Part shown: piece by piece, positions 24,153 through 35,986 of the stretch
How positions within the stretch are numbered: the first letter of the stretch is position 1
Layout: each line of letters starts with the position of its first letter
Source: Malacoraja senta
Lineage: Eukaryota
Direction: 5' to 3'
Assembly: GCA_038087875.1 (NCBI GenBank)
Contig: CM075993.1
Location: 6,264,001-6,328,000, forward strand
DNA length: 64,000 nucleotides
Translations under genes and position numbers: made by a program
The notes under the pieces: model-generated
Databases searched by the model: none
Seen by the model: the letters and a program-made list of their open reading frames with translations, nothing else
Told to the model about the DNA's origin: nothing

Positions 24153-25140
24153 ACCAGGTGCTTCCGTTTCCTCCCACACTCCAAAGCCGTACAGGTTTGT
24201 AGGTTTAAGAAAGAACTGCAGATGCTGGAAAAATCGAAGGTAGACAAAAATGCTGTGGAAACTCAGCGGGTGAGGCAGCATCTATGGAGAGAAGGTTATC
24301 GGTGACGTTTTGGGTCGAGACGTCGAGACCTGAAACGTCGCCTATTTCCTTCGCTCCATAGATGCTGCCTCACCCGCTGAGTTTCTCCAGCATTTTTGTC
24401 TACCTTCGGGTTCGTAGGTTCAGTAAAATTGTAAACTGTCCCCAGTGTGTGTGTGGGATAGTGCTAGCGTGCGGCGATCGATGGGACAAAGGGCCCGCTT
24501 CCGCGCTGTATATCTAAAACTAAACTAAACATCTACGAAAGAATGTCTTCAACGTCTGAGGATTGGGAATGGAATGATGTTATCTATAAAAACTTCTGCT
24601 GGCAGCGAATCCAGGCATTTTTCCCAGACTATATAAGGGATAACGAGTTACATATCCTTGGAAACCCAGTTCCTTGCAGCTGTACCTATTGCTAAACATT
24701 ATGGCGATTGGCGGAATTGCTTCTGAGGATCCCAGCAGCAATAAAAAGGGAAACATCTTATTTTTAATTCAAAGTTGAACTTCTCACACCAATTTTTTTT
24801 TCCGCTGGATGAGGCCAGATTCCTGGTTCCCCGGGGACAAATTTAGAACATTTTCTGGTAAAGGTCCCGGACTGAATAAGGAGAGGCAGTTCTTTGTGCA
24901 AGGGATGATACCGGGTGGAGAGGGCTGGGTTGAGGTTAACGTTACTCGTGAGTTTATGATAGGACTCTAAGTGCTCAGGCTTGGGGTGAACCTTGGGTTA
25001 AAATCACAATCTTATCTACAACGAAGAATGTGTTCTTTATTCGAGTCTTATCGGCACGTTTCTCTGTGTGGAGTCAGCATGTTCCCACTATGACCCCCCT
25101 GTTAGATTCCCCTTGGGAGACTCCAGTTACCTCCCATATA

Positions 25141-25555
25141 CAATAGACAATAGACAATAGGTGCAGGAGTAGGCCATTTGACCCTTCGAGCCAGCACCGC
25201 CATTCACTGTGATCATGGCTGATCATCCCCAATCAGTACCCCGTTCCTGCCTTTTCCCCATATCCCCTGACTCCGCTATCTTTAAGAGCCCTATCTAGCT
25301 CTCTCTTGAAAGCATCCAGAGAACCAGCCTCCACCGCCCTCTGAGGCAGAGAATTCCACAGACTCACAACTCTCTGTGTGAAAAAGTCTTTTGTCGTCTC
25401 CGTTCTAAATGGCTTACTCCTTATTCTTAAACTGTGGCCCCTGGTTCTGGACTCCCCCAACATCGGGAACATGTTTCCAGCCTCTAGCGTGTCCAAACCC
25501 TTAATAATCGTATCTGTTTCAATGAGATCCCTTCTCATCCTTCTAAATTCCAGAG
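25141..25555 (-). mobile_element. CR1 LINE 3' fragment
   Basis: LEFRRMRRDLIET...GEKAGTGY; (CTATTGT)n tail. Confidence 0.9.
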
Positions 25556-25640
25556 TCACCCAGCGTGGAAACAGGCCCTTTGACCCAACTTGCCCACACC
25601 GGCCAACATGTCGCACCTACACGAGTCCCACTTGCTTGCG

Positions 25641-25935
25641 TTTAGTTTAGTTTAGAGATACAGCGTGGAAACAGGCCCTTCGGCCCACCGAGTCAGCAGT
25701 GACCAGCGAAACCCACACATTAACACTACCCCACACACACTAGGGACAATTTACACTTATACCAAGTATACAAACCCAAGCCAGTTAACCAACAAACCTG
25801 TACGTCTTTGGAGTGTGGGAGGAGACCGAAGATCTCGGAGAAAACTCCGCATAGACAGCACCCGTAGTCAGGATCGAACCCGGGTCCCTGGCACTGCTAC
25901 CGTTGTAAGGCAGCAACTCTACCACTGCGCCACCC
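25641..25935 (-). mobile_element. HE1-type V-SINE
   Basis: Head, V domain and tail with an internal deletion. Confidence 0.82.
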
Positions 25936-26903
25936 CTATCTCTCTTGCCCACATCTCTCTAAACCTGTCCTATCCAAGTACCTGTCGAATTGCTTTTTAA
26001 ACGTTGCGATAGTCCCTGCCTCAGCTACCTCCTCTGGCAGCTCGTCCTACTCATCCCAGGAAGTTTTGGACACATCTACAAAAGAATGTCTTCAACATCT
26101 GAGAATTGGGAATGAAGTGATCTTATCTGTAAAACCTCTGCTGGCAGGAAGTCCAGGCATTTTTCCGAGACTCATTCCTGGACGCAATCATGGGAGGAAT
26201 AGATCGGGTAGATGCACAGAGTCTCTCGCCCAGAGTAGGGGAATCCAGGACCAGAGGACAGAGGTTCAAGGTGAAGGGGGAAAAGATTTAATCGGAATCT
26301 GAGGGGTAACTTTTTCACACAAAGGGTGGTGGGTGTATGGAACAAGCTGCCAGAGGAGGTGTGTGAGCCAGGGACTATCCCAACGTTTGTGAGAAAGAGT
26401 TAGACAGGTACAAGGATAGGACAGGTTTGGAGGGATATGGGCTAAACGCAGGCAGGTGGGACTAGTGTAGCTGGGACATGTTGGTCGGTTTGGGCAAGTT
26501 GGGCCAAAGTGCCTGTTTCCACACTGTATCACTCTATGACACTATAATCCCATCAATTCTATACAGCCTAGAATACAACCACCACTTTACCTGGTTGTAC
26601 AGGTCTTGTGACTTAATGAGTCGGCAATGCTCATCATTAAGCCATTTCAACTCATCCTATGACAGATATTCCCCATGCGACCTCCTTCCTTCTGAAAACC
26701 TACTTACATCACACTCTCTCCCTCTTCTACTGAATGGTTACATAGAAACATAGAAACATAGAAAATAGGTACAGTAGGCCTTTCTGCCCTTCGAGCCAGC
26801 ACCACCATTCAATATGATCATGGCTGATCATCCAGAATCAGAACCCTGTTCCTGCTTTCTCCCCATATCCCTTGATTCCGTTAGCCCTGAGAGCTCTATC
26901 GAA

Positions 26904-27108
26904 AGGGCCTGTCCCACTTGGGTGTCATTTGCGCGTCACGCAGGTGGTGAGCGAGGATTTTGAGAATCCCTGGGGCGCCAAGCGCTACCGCGCGTCACTG
27001 CCTACGCCACCACGTCTCACCACGCGCCATGCGCGCATAAATGCACGCCATGCATGCGTCGTGGCGCGTAAATGATGAGCAAATAACGCCCAAGTGGGAC
27101 AAGGCCCT
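26904..27108. mobile_element. Harbinger-type MITE family B, inserted in a CR1
   Basis: TIRs present; it splits the CR1 sequence CTCTATC-TAA-CTCTCTC. Confidence 0.8.
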
Positions 27109-28486
27109 TAACTCTCTCTTGAATACATCCAGTGAATTGGCCTCCACTGCCTTCTGTGGGAGAGAATTCCACAGATTCACAACTCTCTGGGTGAAAAAGT
27201 TTTTCCTCATCTCAGTCATGGAACTAAAATACTGAGAGTTTCTCCTCACACAAATGCTGCCTGACCCGCAGAGGTTTTGCGGCATGTTTTTGATTTTGCA
27301 ATCAGTAAAGATTAGTAAATGGACTAATCAGCGCTGAGGAAGAACAGAAGAGAGGAGATGTGATGAGAGCTGTTTAGGAAGTGTGTTGGTGTGCACTAAC
27401 AAGAGGTATGTAGGTGTGCACGAAGGAACTGCAGATGCTGGTTTACACCGAAGACAAACACAAAATGCTGGAGTAACTCAGCGGGACGGACAGGCAGACA
27501 TCTCTGGAGAGAAGGAATGGGTGACGTTTCGGATCGAGACACTTCTTCAGTTTGAAGGAGGGTGTCAACCCGAAACGTCACCCATTGCTTCTCTCCAGAG
27601 ATGTCTGCCTGTCCGTCCCACTGAGTTACTCCAGCATCTTGTGTCATCTTGAATGTAACGTAAGGACGATATGCACAGTGACTCACCTTTGCACAGTGCT
27701 GCCAGCTAGTGGTGCAAACTGAAAGTGCAAAGACTGCCCACACACTGAGCTAGCAAGACTTAGTTATCATGGGTTTCGGCCCGAAACGTTGCCTATTTCC
27801 TTCGCTCCATAGATGCTGCTGCACCCGCTGAGTTTCTCCAGCATTTTTGTGTACCTTAGTTATCAAGACTTGGCAAGCAAAACCTGATGTAAAGAAGGGT
27901 CCCGACTTGAAGCGTCACCTATCCACTTTTTTCCAGAGACGCTACCCGTTTGCTCCAGAGATGTTGCCTGACCCGTTGAGTTACTCCAGCACATTGTGTC
28001 AAGACTTAGTTAACATTGGAGACACATTGGACTGTAGATGCTGGTTAACAAAAAAAAGCCACAAAGTGCTGGAGTAATTCAGCGGGTCAGGCAGCATCTC
28101 CGGTGATGCTCAGTCTGAAGAAGGGTCTCGACCCGAAACGCCACCCATTCCTTCTCTCCAGAGATGCTGCCTGTCCCGCTGAGTTACTCCAGCATTTTGT
28201 GTCTATCTCTGGAGAACATGTGATGTTTCGGGTCGGGACCCACCTTCAGACTGAATGGGGAGGAGATAACTGGAAGAGAGGTGGGGGGCTGGACAATGCC
28301 TGACAAGTGATAGGTGGATACAGGTGAGGTGCTTTTTTTTGGCTAGGTAAAAGTAAAAAAATTGTCCCCAGAGTGTGTAGGGTGGTGTTAATGAGCGGGG
28401 ATCACTGGTCGGTGCAGACTCGGTGGGCCGGGGGCCTGTTTCCATGCAGTATCTCAAAGCTAAACAGAATTCACCAGAAGAACTAA

Positions 28487-28599
28487 AGGGCCTGTCCCAC
28501 TTGGGCCGTCATTTACGCGACGGGCCGGTAGTGACTAACGCGCGACGGTCGCGCGCGTCATCATGCGTCCGTACAGCCGTCTGGAGCGCGTGACGCCAT
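28487..28599. mobile_element. Harbinger-type MITE family B, one end
   Basis: TAA-AGGGCCTGTCCCACTTGGG followed by CGCG-rich sequence. Confidence 0.65.
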
Positions 28600-29103
28600 T
28601 TGAAGATAGACACAAAATGCAGGAGTAACTCAGCGGGACTGGCAGCATCTCTGGAGAGAAGGAATGGATGATGTTTCGGGTCGAAACTCTTCTTCAGTCT
28701 GAACCCCCGTTCCCTAAAGAATGAGGACATCTCCGATGCCCTGGTTTGGAACGCCTCATCCTGGGAGCAGATGCGGCGTAGACGGAGGAATTGTGAGTAG
28801 GGGATAGAGTCCTTAGAGGAAGCAGGGTGGGAAGAAGTGTAGTCCAGATAGCCATGGGAGTTCTTTAGGGAACGGGGGTTTCCCTCCTCGACTATAGGCT
28901 CTCACCAGGGCTCTCCCTCAGCCCACTCTCCGCCTCTTCCTTTCTTCTTCCCGTCCCCCCCACCCCACATCAGTCTGAAGAAGGGTCTCGACCCGAAACG
29001 TCACCTATTCCTTCGCTCCATAGATGCTGCCTCACCCGCTGAGTTTCTCCAGCTTTTTGTGTCTATCTTCGGTTTAAACCAGCATCTGCAGTTCCTTCCT
29101 ACA
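28600..29103. mobile_element. Rearranged PLE fragment with internal inversion and terminal arms in both orientations
   Basis: 28703-28860 is the reverse complement of PLE ORF sequence at ~35116-35273. Forward UTR and an intact HHR motif follow. Confidence 0.8.
28973..29006 (+). ncRNA. Minimal type I hammerhead ribozyme motif
   Basis: GU-CUGAAGA-A-GGGU(CUCG)ACCC-GAAACGUC-AC. Confidence 0.7.
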
Positions 29104-29557
29104 CCAGTTCCATCCTATACACTAGGGGGATATTTAAAGGAGCGAATTAACCTACAAGCCTGCACGTCTTTGGAATGCTGGAGTAATCAGAGCACCCGGA
29201 AAAAACCCACGCGGTCACGGGGAGAACGTGCAAACTCCGCACAGACAATTAGTATCGAACCCGGGTCTCTGGCGCTGTAATGCAGCAACTCTACCGCTGC
29301 GCCACTCTGCCGCCAATGCTTATGTCTTATGCAATGATTATGCATTTTTATACTCTGGAATAAATAATTCTTATTCATTATGCAAAAATCTCATCTTTCT
29401 TTCTTCTCCTAGATTAGTATTCGAATTTGCAACCCAGAGTTTTTTTAAAGTATTAGAAGCAATGTTAATAAGTTCATGAGTGATTGGAGCAGAATTAGGC
29501 CATTCGGCCCAGCAGGTCTACCCTGCCATTCAATCATAGCTGATCTATCTCTCCCGC

Positions 29558-29905
29558 CTGTTCCCGATGTTGGGGGGAGTCCAGAACCAGGGGCCACAGT
29601 TTAAGAATAAGGAGTAAGCCATTTAGAACGGAGACGAGGAAACACTTTTTCTCACAGAGAGTGGCGAGTCTGTGGAATTCTCTGCCTCAGAGGGCGGTGG
29701 AGGCAGGTTCTCTGGATGCTTTCAAGAGAGAGCTAGATAGGGCTCTTAAAAATAGCAGAGTCAGGGGCTATGGAGAGAAGGCAGGAACGGGGTACTGATT
29801 GGGAATGATCAGCCATGATCACATTGAATGGCGGTGCTGGCTCGAAGGGCCGAATGGCCTACTCCTGCACCTATTGTCTATTGTCTATTGTCTATTGTCT
29901 ATTGC
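29558..29905 (+). mobile_element. CR1 LINE 3' fragment
   Basis: Matches 2355-2685. Confidence 0.88.
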
Positions 29906-30299
29906 CTAACCCCATTCTCCTGCCTTCTCCCCGTAACCCCTGACGCCTGTCCTAATCAAGAATCCATCTGTCTCTGCCTTATAAATATCCATTGGCTTGG
30001 CCTCCCCACAGCCGTCTGTGGCAATGATTAATTTTCTCGCTTTAATTTGTTATTTGTTTAGAAGAACAAATGCCTTGCTGGCCGTAATAGTTGGATGCTA
30101 AAATCCGCCAGGAATGTCTGTAAACGGAAATGCCAGCTCTTTGCGTCTCCCTGCAAAAATGACGGGGCCTGTTGTGAAATTTGGGAGGCTGCATTTGTTC
30201 CTCCCCTAAACTGCCATGCCCGATTCTGCCGGGCGATATTCTCCCTTGTGAACGACAGTAGCTTGCATGTTAGTTGTCCGTCCCCTTGGGAGGTGGACC

Positions 30300-30545
30300 A
30301 GTACCCGAGCCCTAACCGCCCCCCTCCCCCCCCCACCTCCCCCATTGCTTGGGAGGAGGGGGGGGGGGGTCTCATTCTCTGACCTCTCCCGCGACGAACA
30401 ACCGCAGGCTTGGTTTACCGATGGCTCTGTCGGCTCGAGCCAAATGGCCGGGCTTGTGGCGGCCACCCTTCCCTTGTCCACCGACTACACCAGTCCACCC
30501 GTACACCGACTCCGGGGCGGTTGCCAACGGCATGGCTGAGCGGTA
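30300..30545 (+). pseudogene. Decayed retroviral pol (connection/RNase H) fragment, class III ERV-L-like
   Basis: SPIAW / FSDLSRDEQPQAWFTDGS / SSQMAGLVAA / (frameshift) VHPYTDSGAVANGMAER, in the order of the ERV-L RNase H motifs. Confidence 0.7.
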
Positions 30546-30858
30546 CATCGACCAAAATCCCATCACCAGTTGCGATCCTGGGCTCAGAGGTTCATGAATG
30601 ATAGGAGCAGAATTAGGCCATGGGGCCCATCACGTCTACTCGGACATTCTGTCATGGCCGATCTATCTATCTCTCCCCACCAGTTGCGACAGCCTGCTTG
30701 GGCCTCATAAAGGCTGATGGCACCGTGTGGGGATGGTGCTATAGATAATCCACTCATCCACAACTTGAGAAATGGAGCTATCCAGCTTTGCCACAAACCT
30801 TTCCACCAATATCGAGGAAGGACTATCGGAGCAACTCTTCTCAATGGATGTGGAGCTA

Positions 30859-31166
30859 AGGGCCTGTCCCACTGTACGAGGTCATTCAAGAGCTCTCCCG
30901 AGTTCCCCCACGATTCGAACTCGGAGAATTACGGGAATAGCCGTTCGTAGGTACTCGGGGCTCTCGTGGACATTTTTCACAGTGCTGAAAAAACTTCACG
31001 AGTTACCGCGTTTCCCGAGTACCTGCCGTTAGCATTACGAGCCGCTACGAGACATCCACGAGCTCCGACGTAGCCGCTACGTACATTCTACGTACTTACC
31101 ACGAGTTTGATTATTTTTAAAACTCGGGAGAGCTCTTGAATTACCTTGTACAGTGGGACAGGCCCT
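30859..31166. mobile_element. Harbinger-type MITE family C
   Basis: Extended TIR AGGGCCTGTCCCACTGTAC.AGGT.ATTCAAGAGCTCTCCCGAGTT; reverse-orientation copy at 62215-62510. Confidence 0.8.
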
Positions 31167-31808
31167 TAAAGAAGAGCCTGGGCCACTGGCATTGACTCGC
31201 CACCAAGTATAGTGGATAGAAGCCAATGAAACAATGCTGTGTGTAATATGGATTTCATTAATACTGTATTGTTCTCGAAGCATAAACAGCTCACCAAACT
31301 GGATGCCATAGCAAGTTATGGCACCACAATTGGAATGGCATGTTCCTAACTCACTGCTTTAAGTATTGTACTGGCTGGCTCGCAATGAAAGTTGCCCTGA
31401 CCCTGGTTCTGTAACCCTTGGAGCCGTCTCAATGAAGGGAGTAGAAACGAAGAACTGCAGACGCTGGTTTATACCAAAGATAGACACAAAGTGCCGGAGT
31501 AACTCAGCGGGTCGAGCAGCATCTCTGGAGAAAAAGGATGGGTGACGTTTCAGATCGCTGAAGGAAGTATTGGATTGCCCCGGTGTTGTTTCGTTAAGTT
31601 TAGTTTAGAGAGACGGCACAGAAACAGGCCCTTCGCCCCACCGAGTCCGTGCCGACCCTAGTCAGGGGATGTGGGGAGAAGGCAGGAATGGGATACTGAT
31701 TGGGGATGATCAGCCATGGCCTACTCCTGCACCTATTGTCTATTGTCTATTGTCTATGACTTAAATACACGCCCAATATAACCCACTGAATTGTAATGAT
31801 CTTATTTT

Positions 31809-32029
31809 TATTTATTTTTTATTTTTATTTTATTAGAAGTAAGTACAATTGTATACAATCATATTTTCATAATACCTTTTATGTACAGCTTCTTATTTAA
31901 AAAAAATTTTGTAATAAAGAAGAAAAAGAAAAAAGTTAGATAATGAAAAATAGAAAAATGTGAGATATATAGTGTGTGAAAAAGAAAAATAAAGAATGAA
32001 AAAAGAAAGTTGAGACATAGAAAATAGAA
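31809..32029 (-). mobile_element. Poly(A)-tailed retroposed 3' UTR fragment (L1/Tx1-type insertion)
   Basis: AATAAA plus A-rich tail on the minus strand; 16-bp TSD GTAAT(G/T)ATCTTATTTT (31793-31808, 32030-32045) at a TTTT/AA site. Confidence 0.65.
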
Positions 32030-33493
32030 GTAATTATCTTATTTTAATCCCATATTTTATATTTTGCACTATTTCCTCAATACCTTCTCCATTAGTTACA
32101 CCCTGCCTGCCCGAAAAAGACCAGTTATCCTACAAACCTGTACCTCTTTGGAGTGTGGGAGGAAACCGAAGATCTCGGAGAAAACCCACGCAGGTCACGG
32201 GGAGAACGTACAAGCTCCGTACAGACAGCACCCGTAGTCGGGATCGAACCCGGATCTCCAGCTCTGTAAGGCAGTAACTCTACCGCTGCGCCACCGTGCC
32301 TCCCTGTTCGTAGAGTCATACATCATTGAGTCATTATCTATCCACATTGGATAGGATAGGCTCCCAGGACCAACAAATAATCAAAACTGGTTTTGGCAAA
32401 GCAACAATGTCATTGTCCTATCTGGGACACATGACAATAAACTCTCTTGAATCTGGAATCTTGAAACTGGTCAGTAACAAAGTGCCCAGACGTCTCATAT
32501 AAAGGGCAGAGTAGCAAATGGGAGCTGAGAGGAGAATGTGTATTTTGAGTTAAGTTTAGTTTGCGGAACCAGCCCCTTTGGCCCACCGAGTCCCTGCCGA
32601 ACAGCGATCCCCGCGCATTACCTGTATGCGTAGGGTAGTGTTAATGTGCGGGGGTCGGTGCGGACTAGGTGGGCCGAAGGGACTGCTTCCGCACTGTATC
32701 TCTAAACCATAAAACCCTATAGCCATGGGTGTTGAATCCAGAAGAGTTGTTTGTCTGCCTTGTTCCAGGGTTAAGTGCATCTCACATCGAAGGCAGGGAG
32801 TCTGAATAAACTGGTCTTTATTGGGCAGGCAGGGTGTAACTAGCCGAGTGCACAAATGGAGAAGATATTGAGGAAATTGGGCAAAAAATAAAATATGGGA
32901 TTAAAATAAGATAATTACAATTCAGTGGGTTATATTGGACGTGGATTTAAGTCATAGAGTCATGGACAATAGACAATAGACAATAGACAATAGGTGCAGG
33001 AGTAGGCCATTCGGCCCTTTGAGCCAGCACCGCAATTCACTGTGATCATGGCTGATCATCCACGCTCAGTATCCAATTCCTGCCTTTTCCCCACATCCCT
33101 TATCTTTAAGAGCTCTCTTTAAGAGCTCTATCCAACTCTCTCTTGAACACATCCAGAGAATTGGCCTCCACTGCCTTCTGAGGCAGAGAATTCCACGGAT
33201 TCACAACTCTCTGTGTGAAAAGGTTTTTCCTCCTCTCCGTTCTAAATGGCTTACAGCATGGAAACAGGCCCTTCGGCCCAACTGGCCCACACCGGCCAAC
33301 ATGTCCCATCTACACTAGTTCCACCTGCCTGTGTTTAGCCCATATCCCTCTAAACCTGTCTATTGTCTATTTAGCTTGGTTTAAGATATCATGTGGAAAC
33401 AGACTTGGTGGATCTAAGGGGCTGTTTCTGTGCTGGATACAAAATGCTGGAGTAACTCAGCAGGACATGCAGCATCTCTTGATAGAAGGAATG

Positions 33494-33527
33494 GGTGACG
33501 TTTCGGGTCGAGACCCTTCTTCAGACT
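33494..33527 (-). ncRNA. Minimal type I hammerhead ribozyme motif
   Basis: Plus strand GGTGACGTTTCGGGTCGAGACCCTTCTTCAGACT is the exact reverse complement of the motif. Confidence 0.7.
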
Positions 33528-33997
33528 GTGCTGTATCTTTCAATGACTCTCTGAGAGTCAAAGTCTGTTTCTATAAAGTATCTGATATTTGGCTAAAGCC
33601 TGCACTAGAATGTATCATATCTTATAGAATGCTTCAGACATTAGTCTTCACCTCCCGCAGTCCTTCATGAATGTAAACCCTCACTCGGAGAGGGGGCTGA
33701 GAGAAAGGGATGTTAACAAATGTTACACTTGGCCAGATTTGGTTATTTTGACAGCCAAACTTTGATTTGTGAAGACAAGTTGATCTGGCCTGTGTTCTGA
33801 GCAAATCTTTTATCCTTGTTTGAAGAAGCAGTGGGACACACTGCTTTCTTCACCATGTCCCAAATGATGACACATCATTGTTGCAAGGCATTCACCATCA
33901 CTTAAGAAGGAAAGACCAGCATTCGGGAAGATCCATGGACAATGCATGGAGATAATGCAAGGAGGTAGAGCGTGGGTTCACCAGGTTAATTCCCGGG

Positions 33998-35986
33998 ATG
34001 GCAGGACTGTCATATGTTGATAGAATGGAGCGGCTGGGCTTGTATACTCTGGAATTCAAAAGGATGAGAGGGGATTTTATTGAAACATATAAGATTATTA
34101 ACTTCTCCACTCCCCTGTCTCACTCCAATCTCTCCCCCCCTGAACGCACTGCCATCGACTCACTCCGCAACAACCTAGATTGGGTTATCAAACCCGCCGA
34201 CAAGGGAGGTGCCGTGGTAGTCTGGCGCGTCGACCTCTACAAAGCTGAGGCCACGCGCCAACTCTCGGACACCTCTTCCTACTTACCCTTGGACCATGAC
34301 CCCACTGACGAGCACCAGGCCACCATCTCCAGCACCATCACCAACTTCATCCACTCCCACGCCCTGCCCGAACGAGCCTCCAACCTCATCGTTCCCCAGC
34401 CCCGCACAGCCCGCTTTTACCTTCTCCCCAAAATCCACAAACCTGACTGTCCCGGTAGACCCATTGTCTCTGCCTGTTCGTGCCCCACCGAACTCATCTC
34501 CACCTACCTCGACTCCATACTATCCCCCTTGGTTAAATCCCTCCCCACCTATGTTCAAGACACCTCAGACACTCTCCGTCATCTCCGCGCATTCCACTCT
34601 CTAGGCCCTCACCCCCTCATCTTCACCATGGACGTCCAGTCACTGTACACCTCCATCCCCCACCAGGATGGTCTCAAAGCCCTCCGTTTTTTCCTCGACC
34701 GTAGAAGCAATCTATACCCGGCCACTGACACCCTCCTCCGCCTAGCGGAGCTGGTCCTTACACTTAATAACTTTTCATTTGACTCCTCCCATTTCCTCCA
34801 AATACAAGGCGTAGCTATGGGCACACGCATGGGCCCCAGCTACGCCTGCCTCTTTGTCGGGTACGTAGAACAATCCTTGTTCAATGCGTACCAGGGCCCC
34901 ATCCCCGACCTCTACCTCCGCTACATCGATGATTGTTTTGGTGCCACATCCTGCACCCACACACAACTGACTGACTTCATCCGCTTCACCACCAACTTCC
35001 ATCCGGCACTCAAATACACCTGGACCATTTCCGACACTTCCCTACCATTCCTTGACCTCACTATCTCCATCGCAGGTGATAGACTCCTTACCGACATCCA
35101 CTACAAACCTACCGACTCCCATGGCTATCTGGACTACACTTCTTCCCACCCTGCTTCCTGTAAGGACTCCATCCCCCACTCCCAATTCCTCCGTCTACGC
35201 CGCATCTGCTCCCAGGATGAGGCGTTCCACACCAGGGCATCTGAAATGTCCTCATTCTTCAGGGAACGGGGTTTCCCCTCCTCCACCATAGATGAGGCTC
35301 GCACCAGGGTCTCTGCCATACCCCGCAACACTGCTCTCTCTCCCCATCCCCCCACTCACAACAAAGGCAGAGTCCCCCTAGTCCTCACCTTTCACCCCAC
35401 CAGCCGTCACATACAACAAGTGATCCTCCGTCAGTTTCGCCACCTCCAACGTGACCCCACCACTCGCCACATCTTCCCATCTCCCCCTATGTCTGCCTTC
35501 CGCAAAGACCGCTCCTTCCGTAACTCCCTTGTCAATTCTTCCCTTCCCTCCCATACCACCCCCTCCCCTGGTACTTTCCCTTGCAACCGCAAGAGATGCA
35601 ACACTTGTCCCTTCACTTCCCCCCTCCACTCCATTCAAGGACCCAAGCAGTCGTTCCAGGTGCGACAGAGGTTCACCTGCATCTCCTCCAACCTCATCTA
35701 TTGCATTCGCTGCTCTAGATGCCAGCTGATCTGCATCGGTGAGACCAAGCGGAGGCTTGGCGATCGTTTCGCCGAACACCTCCGGTCGGTCCGCAATAAC
35801 CAACCTGAACTCCCGGTGGCTCAGCACTTCAACTCCCCCTCCCATTCCGTATCTGACCTCTCTGTCCTGGGTCTCCTCCATGGCCACAGCGAGCAACACC
35901 GTAAATTGGAGGAAATGCACCTCATATTCCGCTTGGGCAGTCTACATCCTGGTGGCCTGAACGTTGAATTCTCCCAATTCTGCTAG
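33998..35986 (+). CDS. PLE reverse transcriptase + GIY-YIG endonuclease ORF (662 aa as called; the first ~35 aa come from the host CR1 fragment)
   Basis: Motifs IKPADKGGAVVV, FYLLPKIHK, GRPIVS, TMDVQSLYTSIP, GVAMGT, YLRYIDD, LPFLDL, a CxxxxCxxC linker, and NLIYCIRC..CQLICIGET..L..RF.EH. No internal stops. Translation in vivo is not shown. Confidence 0.85.
   Translation: MAGLSYVDRMERLGLYTLEFKRMRGDFIETYKIINFSTPLSHSNLSPPERTAIDSLRNNLDWVIKPADKGGAVVVWRVDLYKAEATRQLSDTSSYLPLDHDPTDEHQATISSTITNFIHSHALPERASNLIVPQPRTARFYLLPKIHKPDCPGRPIVSACSCPTELISTYLDSILSPLVKSLPTYVQDTSDTLRHLRAFHSLGPHPLIFTMDVQSLYTSIPHQDGLKALRFFLDRRSNLYPATDTLLRLAELVLTLNNFSFDSSHFLQIQGVAMGTRMGPSYACLFVGYVEQSLFNAYQGPIPDLYLRYIDDCFGATSCTHTQLTDFIRFTTNFHPALKYTWTISDTSLPFLDLTISIAGDRLLTDIHYKPTDSHGYLDYTSSHPASCKDSIPHSQFLRLRRICSQDEAFHTRASEMSSFFRERGFPSSTIDEARTRVSAIPRNTALSPHPPTHNKGRVPLVLTFHPTSRHIQQVILRQFRHLQRDPTTRHIFPSPPMSAFRKDRSFRNSLVNSSLPSHTTPSPGTFPCNRKRCNTCPFTSPLHSIQGPKQSFQVRQRFTCISSNLIYCIRCSRCQLICIGETKRRLGDRFAEHLRSVRNNQPELPVAQHFNSPSHSVSDLSVLGLLHGHSEQHRKLEEMHLIFRLGSLHPGGLNVEFSQFC

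Noticed and set aside
35378..35920. Antisense ORFs over the PLE
   Set aside because: Shadow ORFs of the C-rich PLE coding strand.
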